This document shows positions 1 to 9,398 of a stretch of 51,734 nucleotides of DNA, in pieces; position 1 is the first letter of the stretch, and every line of letters begins with the position of its first letter. Made by a program: the position numbers and the translations under genes. The notes beneath the pieces are model-generated. The model was not told the origin of the DNA, did no database searches, and worked only from the letters and a program-made list of their open reading frames with translations. The DNA is from Eubacteriales bacterium (GTDB lineage: Bacteria; Bacillota; Clostridia; Oscillospirales; CAG-272), in assembly GCA_045606685.1 (NCBI GenBank), contig JAZUSJ010000058.1, positions 1 to 51,734 on the forward strand. The letters are read 5' to 3'.

Positions 1-68
1 TCTCCGCTGAGATATGCTTTCACTGCTTTTATTTTTAGTTCTACAGTGTACTTCTTCAACTTTTGCAT
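1..68 (-). CDS. IS3-family transposase OrfA, N-terminal fragment (truncated by window edge)
   Basis: ATG at 68-66 after a TAAGGGGA RBS; translates MQKLKKYTVELKIKAVKAYLSG, matching the KY.x.EFK..AV..YL.G start of IS3/IS150 OrfA HTH proteins. Not in the ORF track. Confidence 0.75.
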   Translation of the reverse strand, partial: MQKLKKYTVELKIKAVKAYLSG

Positions 69-141
69 AAAAATATTCCCCTTAGAGTAGTCTTGAAAAC
101 TTTTCGTTTTTTCAAGTGTCTACTCTAAGGGGATTATATCA
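1..141 (-). mobile_element. IS3-family insertion sequence, left end (continues beyond window start)
   Basis: Minus strand begins TGATATAATCCCCTTAGAGTAGACACTT at 141, a TG-start terminus typical of IS3-family IRL, followed by an OrfA-like HTH reading frame. The right end is outside the window. Confidence 0.75.
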
Positions 142-192
142 GAAATCTGTCGGGGTTACTGTTGGTCTTCATGTGCTGCACTCTTATTTTGC

Positions 193-840
193 TTATTTCA
201 TCTTCTCCTGCTTAACCTTATGGTCAATGATGTGTCTTGAAGCAAGCTCTTTCTTGACCTCATCGACCGAAATGCCCATTTCGTTCATCATGACCATGAC
301 GTGGTATGCAAGGTCTGCAATCTCGTAAATGGCCTCGGCCTTATCCTGATTTTTGCCCGCGATGATGACCTCGGTGGATTCCTCGCCAACCTTTTTCAGG
401 ATCTTATCCATGCCCTTGGCAAACAGATACGTGGTATAAGAGCCCTCGGGCATCTTTTCGCGTCTGTCTGCAAGCAGGGCTTCCAGCGTATTGAGCGAGA
501 AGGGCGCCTCGGTGCCGCTTGTATAAACAAGGTCGTTAAAGCAGGTTTCTGCACCTGTGTGGCAGGCAGGGCCGTCTTTTGTTACAAGTACGGTCAGCGT
601 GTCGCGGTCACAGTCGGCCTTGATGGCAAGCACGTGCTGGCGGTTGCCCGATGTCTCTCCCTTTCTCCAAAGACTCTGTCTGGAGCGCGACCAGAAGCAG
701 GTCGTACCCTCGTCCATGGTGATCTGCAGACTCTCTGCGTTCATATAAGCCAGCATCAGAACCTTGCCGTCCTGCGCGTCCACTACGATGGCAGGGATCA
801 AGCCGTTCTGATCAAATTTCAAATCCTTGATTTCTAACAT
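193..840 (-). CDS. hisIE: Bifunctional phosphoribosyl-AMP cyclohydrolase / phosphoribosyl-ATP pyrophosphatase
   Basis: [23 protein letters not shown] and GPACHTG (HisI) plus [18 protein letters not shown] (HisE). Confidence 0.97.
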   Translation of the reverse strand: MLEIKDLKFDQNGLIPAIVVDAQDGKVLMLAYMNAESLQITMDEGTTCFWSRSRQSLWRKGETSGNRQHVLAIKADCDRDTLTVLVTKDGPACHTGAETCFNDLVYTSGTEAPFSLNTLEALLADRREKMPEGSYTTYLFAKGMDKILKKVGEESTEVIIAGKNQDKAEAIYEIADLAYHVMVMMNEMGISVDEVKKELASRHIIDHKVKQEKMK

Positions 841-842
841 AA

Positions 843-1601
843 TTATAACCTCACAATGATCTCTTGCTCATGCAGACTTTGCTTGAGAGAGGGGATTTTT
901 ATTTCTCCGAAGTGGAAGACGGATGCAGCAAGCCCTGCGTCCACGCCCGGAACAGATTGGAATAACGTGATAAAATCCTGCACACAGCCCGCGCCTCCCG
1001 AAGCGATCACGGGAATGTTGACTGTGTTGCAAACCCGCGTCAGCATTTCAAGGTCAAAGCCTTGCTTGACACCGTCCGTATCGATCGAATTGACTACGAT
1101 CTCGCCCGCACCGTTTTGTTCAGCGCGTCGGATCCATTCCAGCGCTTCGATCCCCGTATTTTCGCGTCCGCCTTTGGCAAACACGCGAAAAACACCGTCA
1201 ACACGTTTGATATCCGCAGAGAGAACCACGCATTGGCTGCCGTATTTTCTGGCTGCCTGGTAGATCAGATCGGGGTTCTTGATCGCACCCGTATTGACGC
1301 TGACCTTGTCCGCTCCGCATGCCAGCACGAGCTCAAAATCACTCAGCGCGTTGATGCCGCCGCCAACCGTCAGGGGAATAAATACCTCTCTTGCAGTTTC
1401 GGTCAGAATGTCGGTAAACAGCGCACGCTCGGCCGCAGATGCCGCGATATCGTAAAAAACAAGCTCGTCAGCACCGTTATCGCTGTAATACTTGGCAAGC
1501 TCGACAGGAGAGTTGACGTCGCGCAGACCTGCAAAATTCACGCCCTTGACAACGCGTCCGTCCTTGACATCCAGACACGGAATGATACGTTTGGTAATCA
1601 T
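843..1601 (-). CDS. hisF: Imidazole glycerol phosphate synthase cyclase subunit
   Basis: [37 protein letters not shown]. Confidence 0.97.
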   Translation of the reverse strand: MITKRIIPCLDVKDGRVVKGVNFAGLRDVNSPVELAKYYSDNGADELVFYDIAASAAERALFTDILTETAREVFIPLTVGGGINALSDFELVLACGADKVSVNTGAIKNPDLIYQAARKYGSQCVVLSADIKRVDGVFRVFAKGGRENTGIEALEWIRRAEQNGAGEIVVNSIDTDGVKQGFDLEMLTRVCNTVNIPVIASGGAGCVQDFITLFQSVPGVDAGLAASVFHFGEIKIPSLKQSLHEQEIIVRL

Positions 1602-2317
1602 TGCGCCACCTCCCGTAATGCGTGTCCTAAGTCAAGCGCACCGGTATAAAGTGCCTTGCCAAGTATGGCACCGTACATGTTCATGCTCGAAAGCCGTCTG
1701 ACGGTTTCTATATCAGAGATGCCTCCCGAGGCTGTGAACATCATGTCGGGGAACTTTTCCTGCAAGGATTGATACAACTCTCGGTTAGTTCCGCCAAGCA
1801 CACCGTCCTTGGAAATATCGGTGCAGATGATGACCTTTACTCCGATTCGCTGCATGTTTTCAATAAACTCGTAGCCGCTGACGTGTGAGGTCTCCAACCA
1901 ACCGTGTGTTGCTACCATACCGTCGCGCAGATCTGCGCCAACGGCGATCTTTTCACCGTATGCCTGTACGGCTTGCATCAAAAAATCGGGATCTGTCAAT
2001 GCTGCCGTGCCGAGAATGACGCGAAAAGCGCCTGCATTCAGGTATTTTTCAACGGTCTGCATATCACGGATACCGCCCCCGATCTCAACGCGAAGGGAAG
2101 TGTTTTGAATAATTGCCTCCACGGTTTTGAAATTGGGTGTGCCGGCATCGCGTGCGCCCTGCAGATCCACGACGTGCAGATGCGTTGCCCCTGCTGCTTC
2201 AAAGGATTGGGCAACAGCAACGGGATCGTCGCTGTAAACAGTCATTTGCGCATAGTCACCCTTGGTCAATCGCACGGCCTTGCCGTCGATCAGGTCTATG
2301 GCGGGAAATAAAATCAT
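1598..2317 (-). CDS. hisA: ProFAR isomerase
   Basis: MILFPAIDLIDGKAVRL, HVVDLQGA, EIGGGIR, TDISKDG. Start moved to ATG at 2317 (GGAGG RBS); the longer track ORF overlaps hisH. Confidence 0.96.
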   Translation of the reverse strand: MILFPAIDLIDGKAVRLTKGDYAQMTVYSDDPVAVAQSFEAAGATHLHVVDLQGARDAGTPNFKTVEAIIQNTSLRVEIGGGIRDMQTVEKYLNAGAFRVILGTAALTDPDFLMQAVQAYGEKIAVGADLRDGMVATHGWLETSHVSGYEFIENMQRIGVKVIICTDISKDGVLGGTNRELYQSLQEKFPDMMFTASGGISDIETVRRLSSMNMYGAILGKALYTGALDLGHALREVAQ

Positions 2318-2330
2318 ATAAACCTCCAAA

Positions 2331-2960
2331 TTAAGGCTGTAATGCGGGAATTTCGGTAAAAGCGCGCAGAATGGCAAGGCCAACGTTGCCGCTTTTTTCG
2401 GGATGGAATTGCATACCGTACACGTTACCGCTGCAAGCAGCAGCAGTGAGCAGTGTACCGTATTCGGTTTGCGCACTAACAGACGCTTCGCATTCCATTG
2501 CAGCGTATGAATGCACGAAATATACGTAATCTCCCTCATTGACGTATTTGAAAATCGGGTGTTTAGGCTTATCCTTGGGGAAAACAAGAGCATTCCAGCC
2601 CATCTGAGGGGTTTTGAGCGAGCCGATCAGCGGTGCGATGGGACGCACGTTGCCGCGTATCAGTCCAAGGCCCTGATGCTCGCCAAATTCAAAGCTTTTG
2701 TCAAAAAGCATCTGCATGCCAAGGCAAATGCCGAGAATGGGCGTGCCTGCCGCAGCCTTTTGCAAAAGCAGCTTGTCAAGTCCGCTGTCACGCAGCTTTT
2801 GCGCAGCGTCCTCAAATGCACCCACTCCGGGCAGAATAATGCGCCGGGCAGCAAGAATCTTATCGGGATCGGACGTAACCTCTACCGTCTCTCCGATCTT
2901 TTCAAGAGAGCAGGTCAGGGAAAACAGATTTCCTACGCCGTAATCAATGATCGTTGTCAT
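2331..2960 (-). CDS. hisH: Imidazole glycerol phosphate synthase glutaminase subunit
   Basis: IIDYGVGN, LPGVGAF, GICLGMQ, YFVHSY, QFHPEKSG. Confidence 0.97.
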   Translation of the reverse strand: MTTIIDYGVGNLFSLTCSLEKIGETVEVTSDPDKILAARRIILPGVGAFEDAAQKLRDSGLDKLLLQKAAAGTPILGICLGMQMLFDKSFEFGEHQGLGLIRGNVRPIAPLIGSLKTPQMGWNALVFPKDKPKHPIFKYVNEGDYVYFVHSYAAMECEASVSAQTEYGTLLTAAACSGNVYGMQFHPEKSGNVGLAILRAFTEIPALQP

Positions 2961-3544
2961 AATACACCTTTCGTTGAGGGGATCTGATCGGCCTTTGCCG
3001 GGTCGACCGCACAGGCCTTGGCAAGCGCACGGGCAACTGCCTTGAATTCTGCTTCAATGATGTGATGCGAGTTTTTACCGGCAAGCATTTGCAGGTGAAG
3101 CGTGATATTGGCATTGCGCACGAATGCTGTCCAGAATTCCTCTGCAAGCTCGGTATCAAAATCTCCTACGCGTGCTGTGGGAACTTGCACGTTGTAGCCA
3201 AGGTAGTTGCGTCCGGAAATATCTACCGCGCATAGCATCAAAGCCTCGTCCATAGGGAGAATGATGTCACCGTATCTGCAAATGCCCTTGCAATCACCCA
3301 GTGCCTTGCCAAAAGCGTTGCCAAGGCAAATGCCGATGTCCTCAACCGTGTGGTGGAAATCCACTTGGCTGTCACCCTTGCAGCAAAGCGAAATATCAAA
3401 GCCGCCATGCTTTGCAAAAAGCGTCAGCATGTGTGCTAAGAAGCCGCAATCGGTCTGAATGTCGCTCTGGCCGTTACCGTCAAGATTGATTGAGAGCGAG
3501 ATATCCGTTTCGTTTGTCTTTCTGTTAATTTCCCATGTTCTCAT
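2957..3544 (-). CDS. hisB: Imidazoleglycerol-phosphate dehydratase (monofunctional)
   Basis: RKTNETDI, HHTVED, NSHHIIEA, IPSTKGVL. Start at ATG 3544 with AAGGAG RBS. Confidence 0.96.
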   Translation of the reverse strand: MRTWEINRKTNETDISLSINLDGNGQSDIQTDCGFLAHMLTLFAKHGGFDISLCCKGDSQVDFHHTVEDIGICLGNAFGKALGDCKGICRYGDIILPMDEALMLCAVDISGRNYLGYNVQVPTARVGDFDTELAEEFWTAFVRNANITLHLQMLAGKNSHHIIEAEFKAVARALAKACAVDPAKADQIPSTKGVL

Positions 3545-3558
3545 GTAAATAGCTCCTT

Positions 3559-4614
3559 TCAAAGCAAGGATCTGATCGCATTCAGCAAGGCATCCATCTG
3601 TGCTTTTGTACCGATCGTGATGCGGCAATAGTCGCTGATGCGAGGGGAGTCAAAGTGACGCACAAGGATGGCTTTTTCCTTGAGTTCGAGGTAAAGCTGC
3701 TTGCCATCCAAGCGCGGATGCTTGGTAAAAACGAAATTTGTTTTGGAGGGAAGTGTTTCAAATCCGAGCGCGTCCAGCTCTTTTGTCAGGTAATCACGAT
3801 TTTGCGCAATAATTTTGCAATTCTGCATGTAATAGTCGTTGTTTTGCAAAATAGCGCATGCCGCAGCTTGCGAGACACCGTTGACGTTGTAGGGATTGAT
3901 CGAGTTTCTGATGGTTTCAAGATCTGCGATCAGATCGGGCTGCGCAACAGCAAAACCGACTCGGCCGCCGGCAAAGCTGCGCGATTTTGAAAATGTGTTG
4001 ACCACTAAAAGATTGTCATATTTGGGAACCAGCGAGATGCAACACTGCGCTCCGAAATCCACGTAAGCCTGATCGATCACGACGACATTTTCGGGATTTG
4101 ACAAAAGGATCTGCTCGATCTGCTCGGGGGATAAGGCAATGCCTGTGGGGGCATTGGGATTTGCAATAAAGATGGTCCTGTTCAAGGTCTTATAAGCCTG
4201 CGGATCGATGCAAAACTGCTCGTCCAGGGGGATGATCTTGGTATCTGTTGCGTAAAGGCGGGACAGAACGCTGTAAAATCCATACGTGATGTCCGCAAAA
4301 GCAGCACCGATATTCTTGTTGCAAAATGCAAGAAATGCAAAGGACAAAAGCTCATCCGATCCGTTTCCGAGTGTAAAGTATTCCTTGGGAAGTCCATACA
4401 CATGGCTTAACTGCTCCCTTGCTGCAAACATAGTTGGATCACAATACAGGTTGGTTTTTTGTGCCGCGGCGAGTACCGCATCCATTACTTCGGGGGAAGG
4501 CGGAAAGGGAGATTCGTTTGTATTGAGCTTGATCAGCGATTGCACGTTGCGCGGCTGCTCGCCGGGAACGTATGCTTTCAGCTCTCCCGGCAATCTGGAA
4601 AAATACTTACTCAT
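3559..4614 (-). CDS. hisC: Histidinol-phosphate aminotransferase
   Basis: YVPGEQP, IKLNTNESP, GNGSDE, NPNAPTG, TFSKS (PLP lysine). Confidence 0.96.
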   Translation of the reverse strand: MSKYFSRLPGELKAYVPGEQPRNVQSLIKLNTNESPFPPSPEVMDAVLAAAQKTNLYCDPTMFAAREQLSHVYGLPKEYFTLGNGSDELLSFAFLAFCNKNIGAAFADITYGFYSVLSRLYATDTKIIPLDEQFCIDPQAYKTLNRTIFIANPNAPTGIALSPEQIEQILLSNPENVVVIDQAYVDFGAQCCISLVPKYDNLLVVNTFSKSRSFAGGRVGFAVAQPDLIADLETIRNSINPYNVNGVSQAAACAILQNNDYYMQNCKIIAQNRDYLTKELDALGFETLPSKTNFVFTKHPRLDGKQLYLELKEKAILVRHFDSPRISDYCRITIGTKAQMDALLNAIRSLL

Positions 4615-5885
4615 GACTTCATCCTGACTTCAGCGCTTCGTGCGTGTGCATCCAGGCCTTCCTTGCGTGCAAACAGGGCAATATCGGGCGCTGCTTTCTG
4701 TATAGCATTCTGATCGTAATACGTATAAGAGATTTTCTTGATAAAGTCATCAACAGACAGGGGACTGGAGAATCTTGCCGTGCCGCTGGTGGGGAGGGTG
4801 TGGTTGGTGCCTGCGTAATAATCACCGAGTGCTTCGGGGCAGTATCTGCCTAAGAATACGGAGCCTGCGTTTTCAATCTTGCTCAGATAATCAAAGGGAT
4901 TGTCTACGCAGATCTCCAGATGCTCGGGAGCTATGCGATTGGCAACGTCGATTGCCTGCCACAAATCGGAGCAGACGATGATCTTGCCGAACTGATCAAT
5001 CGAGGGGCGTGCGATCTGCTCACGGGGCAAAAGGGCAAGCTGACGTTCCACCTCGGCCTGTACCGCCAGAGCCAAATCGGCACTGTCGGTGACAAGAACG
5101 GCACTTGCCATCTTGTCGTGTTCGGCCTGAGAAAGCAGGTCTGCGGCGACAAATACGGGATTGGATTTTCCGTCCGCCAGTACGAGAATTTCGGAAGGGC
5201 CTGCGATCATATCGATGGCGACCTTGCCGTATACCTGACGCTTTGCCTCTGCTACAAACGCATTACCGGGGCCGACGATCTTATCCACGCAAGGCACGGA
5301 TTCGGTGCCGTAAGCAAGCGCTGCCACGGCCTGTGCGCCGCCGATCTTGAAGATCTTGTCCACACCGGCAATCTTGGCTGCGCAAAGAATGGCGGGATTG
5401 ACACGTCCATCGCGCATGGGAGGCGTCACCATGACGATCTCGCCAACGCCTGCAAGCTTGGCGGGAATGCTGTTCATCAGTACGGTGGAAGGGTAGGCTG
5501 CCGTGCCGCCGGGGACGTAAATGCCGACCTTGGAAAGGGGAGTGATCTTTTGTCCGAGAATGATGCCGTCCTCTTTGTGAATCTCAAAGCCTTCTCTGAT
5601 CTGGTTCTTGTGATACGCTTCAATGTTAGCCGCCGCGTCACGCATCACGCGGATAAACTCGGGATCGGAACCATCAAATGCCTCGGAGATCTCCTCGTCG
5701 GTTACCTGCAGCGAGCAAAGCGCTACCTTGTCAAATTTTTCTGTGTATGCAAGCAGAGCCGCATCCTTTTGCGCTCTGACGTTTGCAATGATATCCGAAA
5801 CGATATCTTCAACGTTGAACGCATCCTGCGAACGGTTAAAGATCTCCTGCTCGGATACGGCATTGAAATCATATATACGAATCAT
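4611..5885 (-). CDS. hisD: Histidinol dehydrogenase
   Basis: YVPGGTAAYPS, GPGNAFV, DMIAGPSE, QAEHD, APEHLE, GTNHTLPT. Confidence 0.97.
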   Translation of the reverse strand: MIRIYDFNAVSEQEIFNRSQDAFNVEDIVSDIIANVRAQKDAALLAYTEKFDKVALCSLQVTDEEISEAFDGSDPEFIRVMRDAAANIEAYHKNQIREGFEIHKEDGIILGQKITPLSKVGIYVPGGTAAYPSTVLMNSIPAKLAGVGEIVMVTPPMRDGRVNPAILCAAKIAGVDKIFKIGGAQAVAALAYGTESVPCVDKIVGPGNAFVAEAKRQVYGKVAIDMIAGPSEILVLADGKSNPVFVAADLLSQAEHDKMASAVLVTDSADLALAVQAEVERQLALLPREQIARPSIDQFGKIIVCSDLWQAIDVANRIAPEHLEICVDNPFDYLSKIENAGSVFLGRYCPEALGDYYAGTNHTLPTSGTARFSSPLSVDDFIKKISYTYYDQNAIQKAAPDIALFARKEGLDAHARSAEVRMKS

Positions 5886-5888
5886 GGA

Positions 5889-6506
5889 TTATTCCTCTCT
5901 TTGGTCTTGAAGCTTTTTTAACAGCTTGGAAATTTCCTCACTGTTGAATTTGTATGCGGTTTTATTGGCAATCAGTCTTGCGCTGACGGGGGCGATGGTT
6001 TCCTTGACCACAAGGCCATTTTCCTTAAGGGTAGTACCCGTTTCCACGATATCCACGATAACGTCGGAAAGCCCGAGAATGGGAGCAAGCTCGATCGAGC
6101 CGTTGAGCTTGATAATATCTATGGCTCTGCCGCATGAGGTATAATACTTATTTGCAACATTTTTGAATTTGGTTGCCACCTTTAAGGGCATGCTGAGATC
6201 ATCCTCGAATTCGGCCTTGGCCGCAACGCAGATCCTGCATTTTCCAATGCCGAGATCCAGCAATGAATAGACATCCGGCTCATATTCCATCAGTATGTCG
6301 CTGCCCGCAACACCGATGTCTGCAACGCCGCGCTCTACGTAAATCGGGACGTCCGAGGGCTTTACGTAAAAGTAAGAAACCTCATCGGTAGAGAAAACCA
6401 GCTTTCTGGATGGTGTATGGATTTCCGGACAAGTGTATCCGGCGTTTTCAAACATAGCAAGCACCTTGTCGCCAAGTCTGCCTTTGGGAAGAGCAATTCT
6501 GATCAT
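5889..6506 (-). CDS. hisG: ATP phosphoribosyltransferase, short form
   Basis: IALPKGRL, VATKF, GSIELAP, IVDIVETGTTLKENGL; 205-aa short form that requires HisZ. Confidence 0.96.
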   Translation of the reverse strand: MIRIALPKGRLGDKVLAMFENAGYTCPEIHTPSRKLVFSTDEVSYFYVKPSDVPIYVERGVADIGVAGSDILMEYEPDVYSLLDLGIGKCRICVAAKAEFEDDLSMPLKVATKFKNVANKYYTSCGRAIDIIKLNGSIELAPILGLSDVIVDIVETGTTLKENGLVVKETIAPVSARLIANKTAYKFNSEEISKLLKKLQDQREE

Positions 6507-7576
6507 GACAGCACCTCCTTGACCTTGACTGTTTTAGAAAAGCTGCGATCCGCAGGAGCACTGGCGGCCGCCAGAACGCTGTAGCCCTGATCTGTCAGGA
6601 CGCTCATGGCACGCGCCACCGACACTGCAGTATCCGTCTGATCGTAAATCAGCAGTACGTCTGTTTCCTGCGCGGTTCTGTGATAACGGATATAGTCCAG
6701 ATAAATGGCAAAGCCAAGTGCAGCATCCTGTCTGCCAAAGCGTTCTAACAAAGGATCGTATCTGCCGCCCGAAAGAACGGCTACGGGGACGTCCTTGATA
6801 TAGCCCTTGAACACGACACCGTTATAATAGCCGATATTGTGCAAAAGCGAGAAATCCAGATACACGTTATCCGAAAGGCCCTGTACGGCAAGTACCTCTG
6901 CGATCTCGGCAAGCTCATGGACTGCTGAAGATTCGGGAAAGAGCTGCTGTAAGACCGGAATCATCTGATGCAGGGGAGCATACGAAGCAACGAGATCTGC
7001 CAAGGGATTGTTGCAAGAATATTTTGCAAACAAAGAGCGTATGCCGTCTGCATTTTTTTGTGTGATCAGGGAAACAAGATCAGCACGGTCAATGCCGCAC
7101 GCGCAAGCACGGTCAATCAGCGGTAAAAGGATCATCATATGCGAAATATCCAGAATGTTATGCTTGTTGATCGCATCCAACGATGCTTTGGCAAGACAAA
7201 TGACCTCACACGTGGCATAGGTGCTGTCGTCGCCGATCAGCTCAAGTCCCATCTGTCGCAGTTCGCTGAATTCCTTTTCTCCCTTTTTGACGCGATACAC
7301 AGCCTCGTCATAAAACACCTTGAGAGGCAGATGATCGTCCTTGGCAAGATTTTTTACAATAGAGAGCGTGATATCCGGCTTGAGCGCTTTGAGCTTGGAG
7401 CCATCGGTAAAGGTCAGCAAACGGTCATCTACCAAAAAGCTTTTGTTTTCTGCATAAAGCGCATAGTCCTCAAATTTATTCATCATGAATCTGCGATAAC
7501 CGTATTGTGCGTATAGCTGTGCGCACTTGTTTACGATTACTTCCGCAGGGGTTGTAACGTAGTAATTGGAGTCCAT
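6503..7576 (-). CDS. hisZ: ATP phosphoribosyltransferase regulatory subunit
   Basis: HisRS-like motifs LKPDITLSI, RQMGLELIG, YYNGVVF, SGGRYD; ATG at 7576 with GGAGG RBS. Confidence 0.93.
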   Translation of the reverse strand: MDSNYYVTTPAEVIVNKCAQLYAQYGYRRFMMNKFEDYALYAENKSFLVDDRLLTFTDGSKLKALKPDITLSIVKNLAKDDHLPLKVFYDEAVYRVKKGEKEFSELRQMGLELIGDDSTYATCEVICLAKASLDAINKHNILDISHMMILLPLIDRACACGIDRADLVSLITQKNADGIRSLFAKYSCNNPLADLVASYAPLHQMIPVLQQLFPESSAVHELAEIAEVLAVQGLSDNVYLDFSLLHNIGYYNGVVFKGYIKDVPVAVLSGGRYDPLLERFGRQDAALGFAIYLDYIRYHRTAQETDVLLIYDQTDTAVSVARAMSVLTDQGYSVLAAASAPADRSFSKTVKVKEVLS

Positions 7577-7604
7577 ATAACCTCCCAAAATAAAAGATAT
7601 TATG

Positions 7605-7633
7605 ATTATACTACACCTTGTCGCTTTAGTCAA
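7605..7633 (-). promoter_or_regulatory. sigmaA promoter of his operon
   Basis: Minus strand TTGACT-17 bp-TATAAT. Confidence 0.8.
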
Positions 7634-7641
7634 GTAAAGCG
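7622..7641. promoter_or_regulatory. HisR (YerC/TrpR-like) type operator overlapping the his -35
   Basis: Perfect palindrome CGCTTTA-GTCAAG-TAAAGCG resembling the Firmicutes HisR box (CTTTA-N6-TAAAG). Confidence 0.7.
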
Positions 7642-7741
7642 GACATATTTTTTTATATTTAATGTAAACAATTTGTAAACCCACTATGCTGACAGGCAAT
7701 TTTATGATAAAATATACGGGATTTCTGCTTTGGAGGGATAT

Positions 7742-8635
7742 ATGATAGGTCTTGAGAGAGGAAATGTGCGAATTGATGCATATGATCCCGTATGGAAAAC
7801 AGTCGCGCTGGAGCATTGTCAAAGAATCCGAGCTGCACTTGATCAAATGGCAATAGACGTGCAGCACGTTGGCAGTACCTCCGTTCCGGGACTGCCTGCC
7901 AAGCCTATTATTGACATAGCGGTTGCTGTGCAATCCTTTGACCAAGAAATTATATCTGTCATGGAGAAGATCGGGTATATCCACAGACCGAACTGCGACG
8001 ATGAGGGGCAGATCTTTTTTGTCGAGGGTGAAGGGAACCGGCGCACGGCACATATCCACGTGGTCAAGTACATGAGCATGGAATGGCGCAATTATATCAA
8101 TTTCAGAGAATACTTGAAAACGTTCCCGGAGAAAAAAGAGGCTTATGCAGATCTCAAAAAACAGCTTGCACATAGGTATCCGTACGACCGCGAGCAATAC
8201 ACGGCTGCCAAGGCAGATTTCATCTGCTATGCCTTGCGTAAGGCTATGGTATGGTCTTATCTTGGAAAACGGATCGATGCCGAGGTGGACAGACCGATCG
8301 GGTATCTCCACCGAAAGGGTGACAAGGAGCTGTTGTATCCCGTCAATTACGGGTTTATTCCCGGAGTGCTTGGCGGTGACGGTGAAGAATTGGACGTTTA
8401 TTTCCTTGGTGCAGATCAGCCTTTAGAAACCTTTTCGGGCAAGGTGATTGCTATCGTTCACCGTGCTGATGATGAGGAAGATAAGCTGGTTGCCTGTGCG
8501 GACGGAAAGGCATATTCAGCATTTGAAATATGTCGCAGCATCTATTTCCAGGAGAAGTACTACGACACTACGATAGAAACGGCAGATGGACAAATATTGC
8601 ACATCAGTGCAGGAGGACAATATGATAGTAATTGA
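7742..8635 (+). CDS. GrpB-family nucleotidyltransferase-fold domain fused to an inorganic pyrophosphatase-like domain
   Basis: N-terminal HVGSTSVPGLPAKPIIDI, HIHVV, FREYL, Y..AKADFI (GrpB/UPF0157); C-terminal YPVNYGFIPG..GGDGEELDVY, DDEEDKLV (family I PPase-like). ATG 7742 with GGAGG RBS. Confidence 0.85.
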   Translation: MIGLERGNVRIDAYDPVWKTVALEHCQRIRAALDQMAIDVQHVGSTSVPGLPAKPIIDIAVAVQSFDQEIISVMEKIGYIHRPNCDDEGQIFFVEGEGNRRTAHIHVVKYMSMEWRNYINFREYLKTFPEKKEAYADLKKQLAHRYPYDREQYTAAKADFICYALRKAMVWSYLGKRIDAEVDRPIGYLHRKGDKELLYPVNYGFIPGVLGGDGEELDVYFLGADQPLETFSGKVIAIVHRADDEEDKLVACADGKAYSAFEICRSIYFQEKYYDTTIETADGQILHISAGGQYDSN

Positions 8636-9245
8636 GCTTTTGATCTTGGCGATTGCGCTTTCCATGGATGCTTTTGCCGTAGCGATCTGCAAGGGCTTAT
8701 CCATGCAAAAGGCAACGCTGGGTAAGGCCGCGATCGTAGGTGGTTGGTTCGGTGCATTTCAGGCACTCATGCCTGCGCTCGGTTTTTTGTTGGCCGGAAT
8801 CCTGACGCGCTTTTTCGGTGCATATCTTGAAATGTTCACGGGGTGGATCGCATTTATTCTGCTTTCGCTGATCGGTGCCGAGATGATCAAGGAAGCGCTT
8901 TCCAAAAAGCAGGAAGAATGCCCGGACGCGGAAATTACCGCACGCGTGATGTTTCCCATGGCAATCGCGACCAGCATTGATGCTATGGTGGTTGGCGTTG
9001 GTTACGGCTTGCAACCGGATATGGGCATTGTAGAGGTGCTGATCAGCGTGACCATGATCGGAGTTATTACGTTTGGTCTTTCCGCGCTCGGTGTCAAGAT
9101 CGGCAACGTGTTTGGCAACAAGTATGAGAAGAAGGCGCAAATGGCAGGCGGTATTATTCTTTGCCTGCTGGGACTGAAAAACGTGCTTGACCAATACGGT
9201 GTGATCAACGCTGCAATAGATTGGTTAAAAGGCTTCTTGACATGA
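8622..9245 (+). CDS. mntP: Manganese efflux pump MntP family membrane protein
   Basis: LSMDAFAV, FGAFQALMP, AIATSIDA; hydrophobic. ATG 8622 with AGGAGG RBS, overlapping the upstream gene. Confidence 0.9.
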   Translation: MIVIELLILAIALSMDAFAVAICKGLSMQKATLGKAAIVGGWFGAFQALMPALGFLLAGILTRFFGAYLEMFTGWIAFILLSLIGAEMIKEALSKKQEECPDAEITARVMFPMAIATSIDAMVVGVGYGLQPDMGIVEVLISVTMIGVITFGLSALGVKIGNVFGNKYEKKAQMAGGIILCLLGLKNVLDQYGVINAAIDWLKGFLT

Positions 9246-9250
9246 AGAAG

Positions 9251-9277
9251 GGCTATCGTAGCAGATAGCCTTTTTTT
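9251..9277 (+). terminator. Intrinsic terminator after mntP
   Basis: GGCTATC-gtagca-GATAGCC followed by T7. Confidence 0.8.
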
Positions 9278-9306
9278 ATCAAGCCAATTTTGTACTTTAT
9301 TAGAAA

Positions 9307-9363
9307 TATCTATTTTAAGTAGATAGCAGAATTGTTGACTTGCAATGTGTATGCTGTTATACT
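9307..9363 (+). promoter_or_regulatory. sigmaA promoter of XRE gene with upstream palindrome
   Basis: TTGACT(9335)-17-TATACT with TG extension; TATCTA-N7-TAGATA at 9307-9325. Confidence 0.6.
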
Positions 9364-9398
9364 TATAGCGTAGTCCATGCGGAAAGGAGCTGATACGA

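Noticed and set aside
1598-3628. Extended N-termini of hisA (to 2593) and hisB (to 3628) in the track
   Set aside because: They overlap hisH and hisC; RBS-supported starts are at 2317 and 3544.
6503-8311. 602-aa track ORF suggesting HisZ with a 245-aa N-terminal extension
   Set aside because: The extension is antisense to the GrpB gene and crosses the promoter region; the real start is ATG 7576 with its own RBS and promoter.
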